Source: Nitrosomonadales bacterium (GTDB lineage: Bacteria; Pseudomonadota; Gammaproteobacteria; Burkholderiales; SG8-39). Taken from it: a stretch of 64,000 nt of DNA. Positions 1-11,079 of this stretch are shown one piece after another (the first letter of the stretch is position 1; each line of letters starts with the position of its first letter). Made by a program: the position numbers and the translations under genes. The notes under the pieces are model-generated. The model was not told where the DNA came from and did no database searches. It saw nothing but the letters and a program-made list of their open reading frames with translations. The stretch is from the NCBI GenBank assembly GCA_036676355.1, contig JAKFDA010000078.1, positions 199-64,198 of the forward strand, read 5' to 3'.

Positions 1-1195
1 CTATGTGGTCGGCGGCGCGGTGCGCGATCTGATCCTCGGCGTAAAGCCGAAGGATTTCGATGTCGCCACCGATGCGCATCCCGAGGACGTGCATCGGCTC
101 ATGCGCCGTTCGCGCATCATCGGCCGCCGCTTCAAGCTCGTGCACGCGCTGTTCGGCGACGAAGTGGTGGAGGTGTCGACCTTCCGCTCGATCAACGGCA
201 ACGGCAGCACCGACGAGCACGGCCGCGTGCTGCGCGACAACGTGTACGGCAATCGCGTACAAGATGCGGCGCGGCGCGATTTCACCGTCAACGCCCTGTA
301 TTACGACCCGACCACCGAACAGGTGCTCGACTATCACCAGGGCGTGCGCGACCTCAAGTCGCACACGCTGCGCATCATCGGCGACCCGGCCGCGCGCTAC
401 CGTGAAGATCCGGTGCGCATGCTGCGCGCCGTGCGATTGGCGGCGAAACTGGATTTCAAGATCGCCCCCAAAACCCGTGAGCCGATCAAGGAACTCGCCG
501 AACTGCTCGACCACGTGCCGACGGCGCGCGTGTTCGACGAAATGCTCAAGCTGCTGCTGTCGGGGCGCGCCAGCGCGTGTCTGGATCGGCTGCGCAGCGA
601 AAAATTGCATCGCGGCCTGCTGCCGTTGCTCGATGTCATTCCGGAACGGTCGCAAGGCGAGAAATTCGTCAATCTCGCACTGGCGCAAACCGACAAACGC
701 ATCCGTGAAGACCGCCCCGTTTCGCCCGCGTTTCTTTTCGCCACGCTGCTGTGGCATGAAGTGCGCACGGCGTGGCAGGCGCGCATCGATAACGGCGAAC
801 GCGCGATTCCGGCGCTGCACGAGGCGATGGATGAAGTCATCGACCGGCAGACCGAAAAACTCGCCATCCCGCGCCGGCTCACCGCCACCATGAAAGAGAT
901 CTGGACGCTGCAGCCGCGCTTCGAACAACGCTCGGGCCGCCGCCCGTTCGCCGTGCTGGAGCACCCGCGCCTGCGCGCCGGTTACGACTTTCTCATGCTG
1001 CGCGCCGAAAGCGGCGAAGCCGACGCGGAACTGGTCGACTGGTGGCGTCGCTTCATGGAAGCCGACCCCGAGGAACGCGCCGACCTGCTCCTGCCGGCGC
1101 CGTCGAGCGAAAAGAAACGCCGTCGCCGCCGCCGCAGCAAAAAAGACACGGCGACGACCGAGTCGCCCGCAGCGCAGCCGCACACGGAGGAGTAG
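1..1195 (+). CDS. pcnB: poly(A) polymerase I (5' end runs off the window)
   Basis: VGGAVRDL, DFDVAT, IIGRRFKLVH, RRDFTVNAL and EDPVRMLRA motifs; Arg-rich tail; directly upstream of folK. Confidence 0.97.
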   Translation, partial: YVVGGAVRDLILGVKPKDFDVATDAHPEDVHRLMRRSRIIGRRFKLVHALFGDEVVEVSTFRSINGNGSTDEHGRVLRDNVYGNRVQDAARRDFTVNALYYDPTTEQVLDYHQGVRDLKSHTLRIIGDPAARYREDPVRMLRAVRLAAKLDFKIAPKTREPIKELAELLDHVPTARVFDEMLKLLLSGRASACLDRLRSEKLHRGLLPLLDVIPERSQGEKFVNLALAQTDKRIREDRPVSPAFLFATLLWHEVRTAWQARIDNGERAIPALHEAMDEVIDRQTEKLAIPRRLTATMKEIWTLQPRFEQRSGRRPFAVLEHPRLRAGYDFLMLRAESGEADAELVDWWRRFMEADPEERADLLLPAPSSEKKRRRRRRSKKDTATTESPAAQPHTEE

Positions 1196-1672
1196 TTGGC
1201 GCGCGCCTACATCGGCATCGGCGCCAATCTCGGCGACGCCAGGCGGCAGGTGCGCGACGCCATTGCCGCACTCGGCGCGCTCGCCGGCACGCAACTCGCC
1301 GCCGCCTCGTCGCTCTATCGCACCGCGCCGGTCGGCTATCTCGATCAACCCGATTTCATCAACGCCGTCGCGGCCATCGACACCGCGCTGCAACCGCATG
1401 CGCTGCTCGACGCGTTGCACGAGGTCGAGGAGCGCTTCGGCCGCGAACGTTCGTTCAAGGATGCACCGCGTACGCTCGATCTCGACGTCCTGTTGTACGA
1501 CCAGCGCATGATCGACGATGAGTTGCTCGTCGTGCCGCACCCGCGCATGCATGAACGCGCCTTCGTGCTGAAGCCGCTGATCGAAATCGCACCGGGCTGC
1601 GTGATCCCGCAACGCGGGCCCGCCGAGGCGTGGCTGGCACGTTGCGCCGATCAGGCGATCGAAAAACTTTAG
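1196..1672 (+). CDS. folK: 2-amino-4-hydroxy-6-hydroxymethyldihydropteridine pyrophosphokinase
   Basis: AYIGIGANLGD, PRTLDLDVL, PHPRMHERAFVL motifs; TTG start right after the pcnB stop. Confidence 0.97.
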   Translation: MARAYIGIGANLGDARRQVRDAIAALGALAGTQLAAASSLYRTAPVGYLDQPDFINAVAAIDTALQPHALLDALHEVEERFGRERSFKDAPRTLDLDVLLYDQRMIDDELLVVPHPRMHERAFVLKPLIEIAPGCVIPQRGPAEAWLARCADQAIEKL

Positions 1673-1688
1673 CAGGCGCCGCTCAGCA

Positions 1689-2039
1689 ATGTTCGCCAAC
1701 CCGGTGTTATGGAAAACGGTCGGACTGCTGTGCGCATCGAACGTCTTCATGACCTTCGCCTGGTACGCGCATCTGAAGAACATGTCGGCCAAGCTCTGGC
1801 TGATCGCCGCATTAGCGAGCTGGGGTATTGCGCTATTCGAATATCTGCTGCAGGTGCCGGCAAACCGCATCGGCTATACGCTACTCTCACTGCCGCAACT
1901 GAAAATCCTGCAGGAAGCGATCACTCTCACGGTATTCGTGCCGTTCGCGCTGTTCTACATGGGCCAGCCGTTCAAGGTGGACTACCTCTGGGCGTCGTTG
2001 TGTATCATGGGCGCGGTTTATTTCATCTTCCGCAGCTGA
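1689..2039 (+). CDS. small DMT-superfamily membrane protein
   Basis: SNVFMTFAWYAHLK and SWGIALFEYLLQVPANRIG motifs; four hydrophobic segments. Confidence 0.85.
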   Translation: MFANPVLWKTVGLLCASNVFMTFAWYAHLKNMSAKLWLIAALASWGIALFEYLLQVPANRIGYTLLSLPQLKILQEAITLTVFVPFALFYMGQPFKVDYLWASLCIMGAVYFIFRS

Positions 2040-2075
2040 CGCACTTCGTGTCGCGCGCGCATCCGCTCTGATTCC

Positions 2076-2717
2076 ATGCCAGTGTCCCGTTATCGCTATA
2101 TCGTGGTTGAAGGGCCCATCGGCGCGGGCAAGACCAGCCTCGCGCAACGCTTGAGCGAACGCCTGGAAGGCGAAACGCTGCTGGAGCGACCGGAGCTCAA
2201 TCCGTTCCTGTCCAAGTTCTATCAGGAACCCGCGCGCTATGCGTTGCAGAACCAGTTGTTCTTCCTGTTCCAGCGCATCCAGCAGCTACGCGAACTGAGC
2301 CAGCTCGATCTGTTCGGCAGCGTCACCGTCGCCGACTTCCTGATCGACAAGGATCCGCTGTTCGCCCGACTGACGCTTTCCGGCGATGAACTGCATCTTT
2401 ATCAGACCATTTACGACTCGCTCAAACCGCAGACGCCGCACCCCGATCTGGTGATTTACCTGCAGGCGCAGCCCGATACGCTGATCCAGCGCGTCCAGAA
2501 GCGCGGCCGCGATTACGAGCGCCAGATCAGCGAAGATTACTTGGCCGCGCTGAGCGACTCCTACAGCCGTTTTTTCTATCATTACAGCGAGGCGCCGGTA
2601 CTGATCGTCAATTCGGAGAACCTGAATTTCGTCGATCGCGACCGCGATCTCGAATTGCTGCTCGAACGGATGTCCGGCATGCGCGGCGGTCGCGAATTCT
2701 TTAACGTTGGTGAGTAG
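2076..2717 (+). CDS. deoxynucleoside kinase
   Basis: P-loop VEGPIGAGKTSLA, PDLVIYLQA, RGRDYE; usual position between folK and panB. Confidence 0.93.
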   Translation: MPVSRYRYIVVEGPIGAGKTSLAQRLSERLEGETLLERPELNPFLSKFYQEPARYALQNQLFFLFQRIQQLRELSQLDLFGSVTVADFLIDKDPLFARLTLSGDELHLYQTIYDSLKPQTPHPDLVIYLQAQPDTLIQRVQKRGRDYERQISEDYLAALSDSYSRFFYHYSEAPVLIVNSENLNFVDRDRDLELLLERMSGMRGGREFFNVGE

Positions 2718-2988
2718 GGATAACGCCTAGCAGTAGCGAGTATGGTCGCGAGTGCGGGACCGCGAAGGGCAGAGCAGGCTCCATCGGCTTCATCGATGGA
2801 TGCGACCCCGCAGCGGGCTGTAATGGGCCGGATAGTTCGCGTACCTTATGTGCCTTTGCGGTCGCATCCCCTGAAGGGGCCCCTGCTCCGCGCGCCGGCA
2901 CATGCTGTACGAGCGAGGACAAAGTCAATCAAATTTCAAGCTCATTGAATCGGCGATATCGTTTGCTGGAACCTTAACTAGAGCCCCT
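2718..2988 (+). mobile_element. MITE-like element copy 1 (degenerate ends, conserved core 2742-2924)
   Basis: Core nearly identical to the reverse complements of 19193-19377 and 30428-30612; right end TTAACTAGAGCCCC resembles TTAATCAGAGCTTC; fills the whole dnk-panB spacer. Confidence 0.8.
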
Positions 2989-2989
2989 T

Positions 2990-3778
2990 ATGCGCATCAC
3001 CCTAGCTGAACTGAAAAAAATCCAGGATCGCGGCGAGAAGCTGGTCATGCTGACCTGCTATGACGCGAGCTTTGCCGCCTTGTGCGATGCCGCCGGGGTC
3101 GAGTTGCTGCTGATCGGCGATTCACTCGGCATGGTGGTCCAGGGCCACGACAGCACGCTGCCGGTCAGTCTGGAGCAGATGGCCTATCACGTCGGCATGG
3201 TGGCGCGCGGCTCACAGCTCGGCATGATCATCGCCGATATGCCCTTCGGCACTTATCAGGAATCACCGGCACAAGCGTTGGCCAATGCGGTGAAGCTGAT
3301 GGCGGTCGGCGCCCAGCTGGTCAAGCTCGAAGGCGGCCGCACCATGCTCGACACCATTCGCTTTCTGGTCGATCGCGGCATCCCGGTCTGCGGGCACGTC
3401 GGTCTAACACCGCAATCGGTGCATCAGTTCGGTGGCTACAGGGTGCAGGGTCGCGGGGAGGCGGCAAAACAAGTGCTCGACGACGCGCTCGCCGTACAGG
3501 AAGCCGGCGCCGCGATGGTCGTGCTGGAAGCCATTCCGTCCACGCTCGCTGCCGAAGTCGCCGAGAAACTGAGCATTCCAACCATCGGCATCGGGGCCGG
3601 CCCCGATTGCGACGGACAGGTGCTGGTGCTGTACGACATGCTCGATATCTACCCCGGCCGCAAGGCGCGCTTCGTGCGCAATTTCATGGACGGCGCACCG
3701 GGTATCGGCGAAGCGATCAAGCGCTATGTGGCGGCGGTGAAAGACGGGTCCTTCCCCGCGCCGGAGCACGGATTTTGA
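2990..3778 (+). CDS. panB: 3-methyl-2-oxobutanoate hydroxymethyltransferase
   Basis: [41 protein letters not shown] motifs. Confidence 0.97.
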   Translation: MRITLAELKKIQDRGEKLVMLTCYDASFAALCDAAGVELLLIGDSLGMVVQGHDSTLPVSLEQMAYHVGMVARGSQLGMIIADMPFGTYQESPAQALANAVKLMAVGAQLVKLEGGRTMLDTIRFLVDRGIPVCGHVGLTPQSVHQFGGYRVQGRGEAAKQVLDDALAVQEAGAAMVVLEAIPSTLAAEVAEKLSIPTIGIGAGPDCDGQVLVLYDMLDIYPGRKARFVRNFMDGAPGIGEAIKRYVAAVKDGSFPAPEHGF

Positions 3779-3786
3779 GCCGGTGA

Positions 3787-4707
<921 letters not shown>

Positions 4708-4804
4708 ACCAGCAGGGGAGTAATCCGGGGCCCGGCAAACCTTACGGAGGAATGCGGCTCGACTTCTATGTGAAGCCGGTGAAGCGTTTCTTGGAGAGCA
4801 AAGC

Positions 4805-5185
4805 ATGCAGCGTACGATGCTGAAGTCCAAAATCCATCGCGCCACCACGACGCATTCAGAACTTCATTACGAAGGCTCCTGTGCCATCGACGAAGATCTG
4901 CTCGACGCCGCGGATATCCGCGAGTATCAACAAATCGATATTTTCAACGTCACCAACGGTGAGCGTTTCACGACCTATGCGATTCGCGCCCAACGCGGCT
5001 CGGGCATCATCTCCGTCAACGGCGCCGCTGCACGCAGGGCCGCGGTGGGCGACGTGCTGATCATTGCAAGCTACGCGGTGATGAACGAGATCGAACTGGA
5101 ACGCTTCGAACCCGACCTCGTTTACGTCGACAGCCGTAACCGCATCAAACACCAGGGCCACGAGATTCCGCTCCAGCGCGCCTGA
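4805..5185 (+). CDS. panD: aspartate 1-decarboxylase
   Basis: [11 protein letters not shown]|S self-cleavage site, [14 protein letters not shown]. Confidence 0.97.
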   Translation: MQRTMLKSKIHRATTTHSELHYEGSCAIDEDLLDAADIREYQQIDIFNVTNGERFTTYAIRAQRGSGIISVNGAAARRAAVGDVLIIASYAVMNEIELERFEPDLVYVDSRNRIKHQGHEIPLQRA

Positions 5186-5204
5186 GCGATCCGGTGGATC
5201 GGTG

Positions 5205-5231
5205 AAAGAGCCGCCTCGCGCGGCTCTTTTG
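5205..5231. terminator. intrinsic terminator between convergent panD and PfpI gene
   Basis: 10-bp stem AAAGAGCCGC/GCGGCTCTTT with 5-nt loop, followed by T run. Confidence 0.75.
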
Positions 5232-5249
5232 GTTTATGCGGCCCCGATA

Positions 5250-5843
5250 TCAGCCGGTCGGCGCATCGACGATACCGCCGGTCGGGCGCGCCACGCGTCG
5301 AGCGGAGCCAAGGCCCCGGCCGATTTCTTCGATCAGCTTCCGGTTGAAGGCCGGCAGGTCGGCCGGCTTGCGGCTGGAAACCAGGCCATTGTCGACCACG
5401 ACTTCCTGATCGACCCATTTCGCACCGGCGTTGATGAGATCGGTTTTGAGCGACGGCCACGAAGTGATGGTCCGCCCCTTCAGCACATCCGCTTCGATCA
5501 ACGTCCACGCACCGTGGCAGATCACGCCGACCGGTTTGCCCGAGTCGACGAAATCCTTCACGAGTTGCACGGCCCTGGGTTGCATGCGCAACTGATCAGG
5601 ATTGGCCACGCCACCCGGCAGTACGAGTGCGTCGAATTCGTCGGCTTTCGCCTCGTTGAGCGGCACATCGACCGCAAACCGGTCGGCCTTGTCGAAGTGT
5701 TTCCAGCTCTGTACCTCGCCTTCGCTGGGCGAAACGATGAAGGTCTGCGCGCCCGCCTCGTGCAGCGCGCGTCGGGGTTCGACCATTTCCGATTGCTCAA
5801 ATCCCTCGGCCACGAGTAATGCGACTCTGATTCCTTCCAGCAT
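5250..5843 (-). CDS. PfpI/DJ-1 family (type 1 glutamine amidotransferase-like) protein
   Basis: GFEQSE, LVLPGGVANPD, ICHG nucleophile elbow; ATG at 5843 with GGAGG RBS. Confidence 0.92.
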   Translation of the reverse strand: MLEGIRVALLVAEGFEQSEMVEPRRALHEAGAQTFIVSPSEGEVQSWKHFDKADRFAVDVPLNEAKADEFDALVLPGGVANPDQLRMQPRAVQLVKDFVDSGKPVGVICHGAWTLIEADVLKGRTITSWPSLKTDLINAGAKWVDQEVVVDNGLVSSRKPADLPAFNRKLIEEIGRGLGSARRVARPTGGIVDAPTG

Positions 5844-6016
5844 GACAACCTCCGTCAGATGACTGTCCATCACACGCGATCCCGCGTGTCGCGACTTTGT
5901 CACTGAAAGGTTGCACACACTGTGCCGACTGTTTCGTTCATCGAAGATAGGCGATTCGTGATCGCTCATGGCGCGATGTCAGACACACGCCGGCACCGAC
6001 GATCCACGGCGGCGCT

Positions 6017-6958
6017 TCACAACTCGTAAGACTCGCCGCTGCCCTGCATCGCCTGCCGAATCACTTCGTGCGTAAGCTGCGGTGCGAATAGTTCGAGAAA
6101 GTCGTAGGCATAGCCGCGCAGGTACGTGCCGCGGCGAATGGCGATGCGCGTCGTGCTGGTGCGAAATAAATGGCCGGCATCGATCGAACGCAGTCCGCGA
6201 TCCCGCTCCGGATCGAAAGCCATCGCGGCAATGATGCCCACCCCCAGTTCGAGCTCGACATAGGTCTTGATCACATCCGCGTCGATCGCGGTGAGCACGA
6301 CATCGAACTGCAGCCCGCGCGTGGCGAATGCGTCGTTGATCTGCGAGCGCCCGGTAAATTCCGGGCTGTAAGTGATGATGGGGTACTTCGCCAGTTGCTC
6401 GAGCGTCAGGCGACCGTCCTTCAACAGCGGATGGTCGGGGCGCACCACCACGATGTGATGCCATTGATATCCGGGCATGGCGAGTAATTCCGGAAACTGC
6501 ATGAGCGATTCGCTCGCAATGCCGATATGTGCATCATGTTGAATCACCATTTGCGCGATCTGCTGCGGATTGCCCTGCAGCAGTGAGAGGTGCACGCGCG
6601 GATAGCGCTTACGGAATTCGCTCACCACTTGCGGCAACGCATAGCGCGCCTGTGTGTGCGTGGCGGCAATGATCAGACTGCCCGAATCGTGGTCGGCAAA
6701 ATCGCTGCCGACGCGCTTCAGATTCTCCGCTTCATCGAGTACGCGCTCGATGATTTCCAGCACCGCCCGGCCCGGCTCGGTCAGCCCGACAAAGCGCTTG
6801 CCGCGGCGTTCGAAGATCTGAATGCCGAGTTCCTGTTCGAACTCCTTGATCTGCTTCGAGACGCCGGGCTGCGAGGTATACAGCGCGTTGGCGGCCTCGG
6901 TCAGGCTCATTCCCCGCCGCACCGTTTCGCGCACATACCGCAATTGCTGAAAGTTCAT
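6017..6958 (-). CDS. cysB: CysB/Cbl family LysR regulator
   Basis: TSQPGVSKQI HTH, ATHTQARYALP, DADVIKTYVELELGVGI; divergent from cysHDN. Confidence 0.92.
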   Translation of the reverse strand: MNFQQLRYVRETVRRGMSLTEAANALYTSQPGVSKQIKEFEQELGIQIFERRGKRFVGLTEPGRAVLEIIERVLDEAENLKRVGSDFADHDSGSLIIAATHTQARYALPQVVSEFRKRYPRVHLSLLQGNPQQIAQMVIQHDAHIGIASESLMQFPELLAMPGYQWHHIVVVRPDHPLLKDGRLTLEQLAKYPIITYSPEFTGRSQINDAFATRGLQFDVVLTAIDADVIKTYVELELGVGIIAAMAFDPERDRGLRSIDAGHLFRTSTTRIAIRRGTYLRGYAYDFLELFAPQLTHEVIRQAMQGSGESYEL

Positions 6959-6969
6959 ATGAATATATC

Positions 6970-7011
6970 TTTATATCTAAACGTTATTTGAACATGCTTA
7001 TTTATTCGTTC
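6970..7011 (+). promoter_or_regulatory. putative CysB/Cbl operator upstream of the cysHDN block
   Basis: 30/42 ungapped identity with the reverse complement of 22997-23038, including an exact ATTTATTCGTTC. Confidence 0.7.
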
Positions 7012-7091
7012 TCCTTATATCCGGCTTTGACTAGGATCGCAACTCCACACAAGGCATCGCCTCCGCGCCCTGAAACGCCACTCAAACACGC

Positions 7092-7217
7092 ATGTACATC
7101 TACGATGAAATCAATCGGCGCATGGTGGCTGAGCGCATCGTGCAATTCTGCGACCGGAATTATCGGCCTGCCGCATCGTCGGCAGCCCCGTTTCGTCGCG
7201 CCGCCGCCTCGACATGA
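7092..7217 (+). pseudogene. 41-codon remnant: N-terminus of CysI-type sulfite reductase apparently fused to a DUF934-like C-terminus
   Basis: Translates MYIYDEINRRMVAERIVQFCD-RNYRPAASSAAPFRRAAAST*; first half resembles the MYxYDxxDxxxVxERVxQFRDQ start of proteobacterial CysI; stop overlaps cysH ATG (ATGA). Confidence 0.7.
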
Positions 7218-7957
7218 TTACTCCTCTCGCCCTTGACACCACACCCGCGCTCGCCGGCAAGGTACGTGCGCTGGAAGAACTGCTCGCGTGCATCGCGCGC
7301 GACTACACGCCGGCCACGCTTGCCAGCAGCCTGTCGATCGAAGACATGGTGGTGACCGACGCAATCCTGCGCAACGACATCGGCATTGAAATTTTTACGC
7401 TCGATACGGGCCGCATGCATCAGGACACGCTCGACGTCATCACCGCCATCGAGCGTCGCTACGACGCGCGAATCGAGGTGCACACACCGGACCCGCAAGC
7501 CGTAACGCAGTACGTCACGACGCACGGGCGCGATGCGTTTTACCAAAGCGTCGATCTGCGCAAGCGCTGCTGCGAAATCCGCAAGATCGAGCCGCTCAAG
7601 CGCGCACTGGCTGGCAAGAAGGCGTGGCTGACCGGACTGCGTCGTTCGCAATCGGTCACGCGCGATGCGCTGCAAGTCCAGGCGTACGACGCCAACTACG
7701 GGCTGGAGAAATTCAATCCCCTGGCCGACTGGTCCGAGGAAGAGGTGTGGGCCTATATCCGCGCGCATGACGTGCCGTACAACCGGCTGTACGACCAGGG
7801 CTATCGCTCCATCGGTTGCGCGCCCTGTACGCGGCCGACGGTGGCCGGCGAGGACGTGCGCGCGGGCCGTTGGTGGTGGGAACAACCGGAGTCCAGGGAA
7901 TGCGGACTCCATGTCGGGCCGGACGGGCGTCTGGCTCGCAGTAAAGGGAACGCATAA
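7214..7957 (+). CDS. cysH: adenylylsulfate (APS) reductase, [4Fe-4S] type
   Basis: LDTGR, CC pair (RCCEIRK), SIGCAPCT, ECGLH. Confidence 0.93.
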   Translation: MITPLALDTTPALAGKVRALEELLACIARDYTPATLASSLSIEDMVVTDAILRNDIGIEIFTLDTGRMHQDTLDVITAIERRYDARIEVHTPDPQAVTQYVTTHGRDAFYQSVDLRKRCCEIRKIEPLKRALAGKKAWLTGLRRSQSVTRDALQVQAYDANYGLEKFNPLADWSEEEVWAYIRAHDVPYNRLYDQGYRSIGCAPCTRPTVAGEDVRAGRWWWEQPESRECGLHVGPDGRLARSKGNA

Positions 7958-7961
7958 AACC

Positions 7962-8903
7962 ATGAGCGCAGTGCTTCAATCGAAAGAGCCCGTGCAGATC
8001 GATCTGCCGGAACGCAACCACCTTGACTGGCTGGAATCCGAAGCCATCCACATCATGCGCGAACTCGCCGGCGAGTGCGCCAACCCGGTGGTCTTCTTCT
8101 CCGGCGGCAAGGATTCCATCGTGCTTCTGCGCCTGGCCGAAAAAGCGTTCCGCCCGGGACGCTTCCCCTTTCCCATGCTGCACATCGACACCGAGCACAA
8201 CTATCCGGAAGTGATCGAACTGCGCAATCGTCGCGCGGAAGAACTGGGCGAGCGTCTGATCGTCCGTTCGGTGGAAGACTCCATCAAGCGCGGCACCGTG
8301 CGTCTGCGTTCCAGACTCGAAAGCCGCAATGCCGCGCAAGCGGTGACGCTGCTCGAAGCCATCGCCGAATTCGGCTTCGATGCCTGCATCGGCGGCGCGC
8401 GGCGCGACGAGGAAAAAGCGCGCGCCAAGGAACGCGTCTTTTCCTTCCGCGACGAATTCGGTCAGTGGGACCCGAAGAACCAGCGTCCCGAACTGTGGAG
8501 CCTCTACAACACTCGCGTCCACAAGGGCGAACACATGCGTGTGTTCCCCATCAGCAACTGGACCGAACTCGACGTTTGGCAATACATCGCGCGCGAAAAG
8601 CTTGAAGTGCCGTCCATCTATTACGCGCACAAGCGTCCGGTGGTACGCCGCAACGGTCTACTGGTGCCGGTCACCGACCTGACCCCGGCGCGCGACGGTG
8701 AGCAGATCGAGGAAATCAGCGTGCGCTTCCGCACCGTCGGCGACATTTCGTGCACCTGCCCGGTCGCATCGACCGCGGCGAGCGTGAGCGAAATCATCGC
8801 CGAAACGATGATCACGACCATTACCGAACGGGGCGCCACGCGGATGGACGACAAAACGTCCGACGCATCGATGGAACGGCGCAAGAAGGAAGGATATTTC
8901 TGA
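7962..8903 (+). CDS. cysD: sulfate adenylyltransferase subunit 2
   Basis: FSGGKDS, GGARRDEEKARAKER, WDPKNQRPELW, C-terminal KKEGYF; ATG at 7962. Confidence 0.97.
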   Translation: MSAVLQSKEPVQIDLPERNHLDWLESEAIHIMRELAGECANPVVFFSGGKDSIVLLRLAEKAFRPGRFPFPMLHIDTEHNYPEVIELRNRRAEELGERLIVRSVEDSIKRGTVRLRSRLESRNAAQAVTLLEAIAEFGFDACIGGARRDEEKARAKERVFSFRDEFGQWDPKNQRPELWSLYNTRVHKGEHMRVFPISNWTELDVWQYIAREKLEVPSIYYAHKRPVVRRNGLLVPVTDLTPARDGEQIEEISVRFRTVGDISCTCPVASTAASVSEIIAETMITTITERGATRMDDKTSDASMERRKKEGYF

Positions 8904-10183
8904 TGTCAGTACTTGGAGAACTCGAACGCAATCTCGGCGCCGAAGATCGCGGCGTGCTGCGTTTCATCACCGCCGGCAGTGTGGATGACGGTAAAAGCAC
9001 GCTGATCGGCCGTCTGCTGCACGACTCGCGCCAGGTTCTGGAAGATCAGATATCCGCGGTCGCGCGCGCCTCGGCCAAGAAGGGCGTGGAATTCCTCGAT
9101 CTGTCGCTGCTCACCGATGGACTCGAAGCCGAACGCGAGCAAGGCATCACCATCGATGTAGCCTATCGCTACTTCGCTACGGCCAAACGCAAGTTCATCA
9201 TCGCCGATACGCCCGGCCATGAGCAGTACACGCGCAACATGGTGACAGGCGCTTCGACTGCGGACGCCTCCATCATTCTCATCGACGCGCGCAAGGGCGT
9301 GCTGCCGCAAACACGCCGCCATACCTACATCGCGCATCTGTTGGGCGTGAAGCGCATTCTCGTCGCCGTGAACAAGATGGACCTGGTCGACTACGACCGC
9401 ACGGTGTTCGACAACATCCGCAAGGATTTCCTCACCTTCGCCGACAAGCTGGGCATCAAGGAATTGCGTTTCTTCCCCGTGTCGGCGCTGCAAGGCGACA
9501 TGGTGGTGGACCGCGGCGAGCACTTTCCGTGGTACGAGGGCCCGACCCTGCTGCAGGCGCTGGAAGACTTCGAAGTACGCGACGACGCGCAACTGGCGCC
9601 GATGCGCTTTCCGGTGCAACTCGTCGTGCGCCCCGGCGCCGGGACAGACTTCAGAGGCTACGCAGGTCGACTCGAATCCGGCGTGATTCGCGTCGGTGAC
9701 GAAGTGGTCGTGCTGCCTGCCAATCGCAGCACGCGCATTCGCGCCATCGTCAGTCTGGATCGATCGCTGCCGCTCGCAGTCGCGGGCGATTCGGTCACGC
9801 TGCTGCTTGCCGATGAAATCGATATCTCGCGCGGCGACATGATCGCGCACCGCGACAGTGCGCCGGACGCACGCAAATCGATCACAGCAACCGTGTGCTG
9901 GCTCTCCTCTGAGGGGCTGAACCCTGCGGCACGTTACGTGCTAAAGCACACCTCGCATACCGTCAAAGCGAAAGTGGCCGCCGTCAATCATCGACTCGAT
10001 ATTCATACGCTCGACAAGCAACCGGCTCCCGCCGCGTTGGCGATGAACGATATCGCCCAGATCACGGTGAATCTGGCGCAACCGTTATTCGCCGACGCCT
10101 ATGCGTCCAATCGCGAAACCGGCGCGTTCATTCTGATCGATGAAGCGACGAATCAGACGGTCGCCGCGGGAATGATTGAGTGA
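8903..10183 (+). CDS. cysN: sulfate adenylyltransferase subunit 1 (GTPase)
   Basis: GSVDDGKSTLIGRLL, EREQGITIDVAYRYF, DTPGHEQY, NKMD; TGATG overlap with cysD; no CysC domain. Confidence 0.96.
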   Translation: MSVLGELERNLGAEDRGVLRFITAGSVDDGKSTLIGRLLHDSRQVLEDQISAVARASAKKGVEFLDLSLLTDGLEAEREQGITIDVAYRYFATAKRKFIIADTPGHEQYTRNMVTGASTADASIILIDARKGVLPQTRRHTYIAHLLGVKRILVAVNKMDLVDYDRTVFDNIRKDFLTFADKLGIKELRFFPVSALQGDMVVDRGEHFPWYEGPTLLQALEDFEVRDDAQLAPMRFPVQLVVRPGAGTDFRGYAGRLESGVIRVGDEVVVLPANRSTRIRAIVSLDRSLPLAVAGDSVTLLLADEIDISRGDMIAHRDSAPDARKSITATVCWLSSEGLNPAARYVLKHTSHTVKAKVAAVNHRLDIHTLDKQPAPAALAMNDIAQITVNLAQPLFADAYASNRETGAFILIDEATNQTVAAGMIE

Positions 10184-10289
10184 AAGTAGAGAGTCGAGAG
10201 ATGAAGCGTGGAGAGCCGAAGTTCTGCAGCCGTATGTGGGCAAATGTTCGCTCTCGACTTTCGACTCTGAACGTTGGACTGTACTAGCC

Positions 10290-11063
10290 ATGGCAACTGT
10301 TTATCTCATCGGTTCCGGTCCCGGCGCACCGGATTTGCTCACCCTGCGTGCAGCCAGGCTGCTGCAGGAAGCGGATATCGTGTTCTACGACGCGCTGGTG
10401 CATCCCGATGTCATCGCGATTGCGGCACGCGCCGAAAAAATCGCGGTCGGCAAACGCTGCGGCAGGCACTCCACGGCGCAGAAATTCATCAACAAGCGCT
10501 TGGTCGACGCGACACGGAAATACGAACGCATTGTCCGACTCAAAGGCGGCGACCCAATGCTGTTCGGCCGGGCGCAGGAAGAACTCGATGCGCTCGACGC
10601 TGCGGGCATCGCCTACGAAGTCGTGCCCGGCATCACGGCGGCGCTCGCCGCGAGCGCACAGATCGGCGTTTCGCTGACCCGTCGCGGGCTGAGCCGCAAT
10701 GTTGCCTTCGTCACGCCGCGCATCGGCGAAATGGAACGTGAGAGCGACTGGGCTGCCGCGGCCGTGCATGCGGACACCGCGACGATCTACATGGGTGCGG
10801 GCGAGGCGGAACGCATCACGGCAACGTTGATCGAACGCGGCCGCAAGGCGGACACGCCGGTTGCGCTGGTGGAGAGCGCGTCCTTGCCCGATGCGCGCGC
10901 GAGCTATGCAACGCTGCGCGACTTGCCGCGCCTCGCCGCGCAAAGCGGCAGCGGGCCGGCCATCATTCTGCTGGGTGAAGTGCTGCGCGAAAAACTCGCC
11001 GCGCAACTTGCATCGGCAACGCAGCGCAAAGTTGAGCCACTGCCAAACAAACGCAGCGCCTGA
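10290..11063 (+). CDS. cobA: uroporphyrinogen-III C-methyltransferase
   Basis: GSGPGAPDLLTLRA, YDALV, VRLKGGDPMLFGR, VVPGITA; ATG at 10290. Confidence 0.93.
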   Translation: MATVYLIGSGPGAPDLLTLRAARLLQEADIVFYDALVHPDVIAIAARAEKIAVGKRCGRHSTAQKFINKRLVDATRKYERIVRLKGGDPMLFGRAQEELDALDAAGIAYEVVPGITAALAASAQIGVSLTRRGLSRNVAFVTPRIGEMERESDWAAAAVHADTATIYMGAGEAERITATLIERGRKADTPVALVESASLPDARASYATLRDLPRLAAQSGSGPAIILLGEVLREKLAAQLASATQRKVEPLPNKRSA

Positions 11064-11079
11064 AGCCCAAGGGTCGGCG

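Noticed and set aside
2742-2948. Similar short ORFs (MVASAGPRR...) at 2742-2948, 19177-19386 and 30373-30621
   Set aside because: They are translations of the repeat core; indels between copies shift the frames, so coding function is unsupported
4708-4804. Possible cis-regulatory RNA between panC and panD
   Set aside because: Only short alternative stems (CGGCT/AGCCG, CTTC/GAAG); cannot be matched to a known motif by eye
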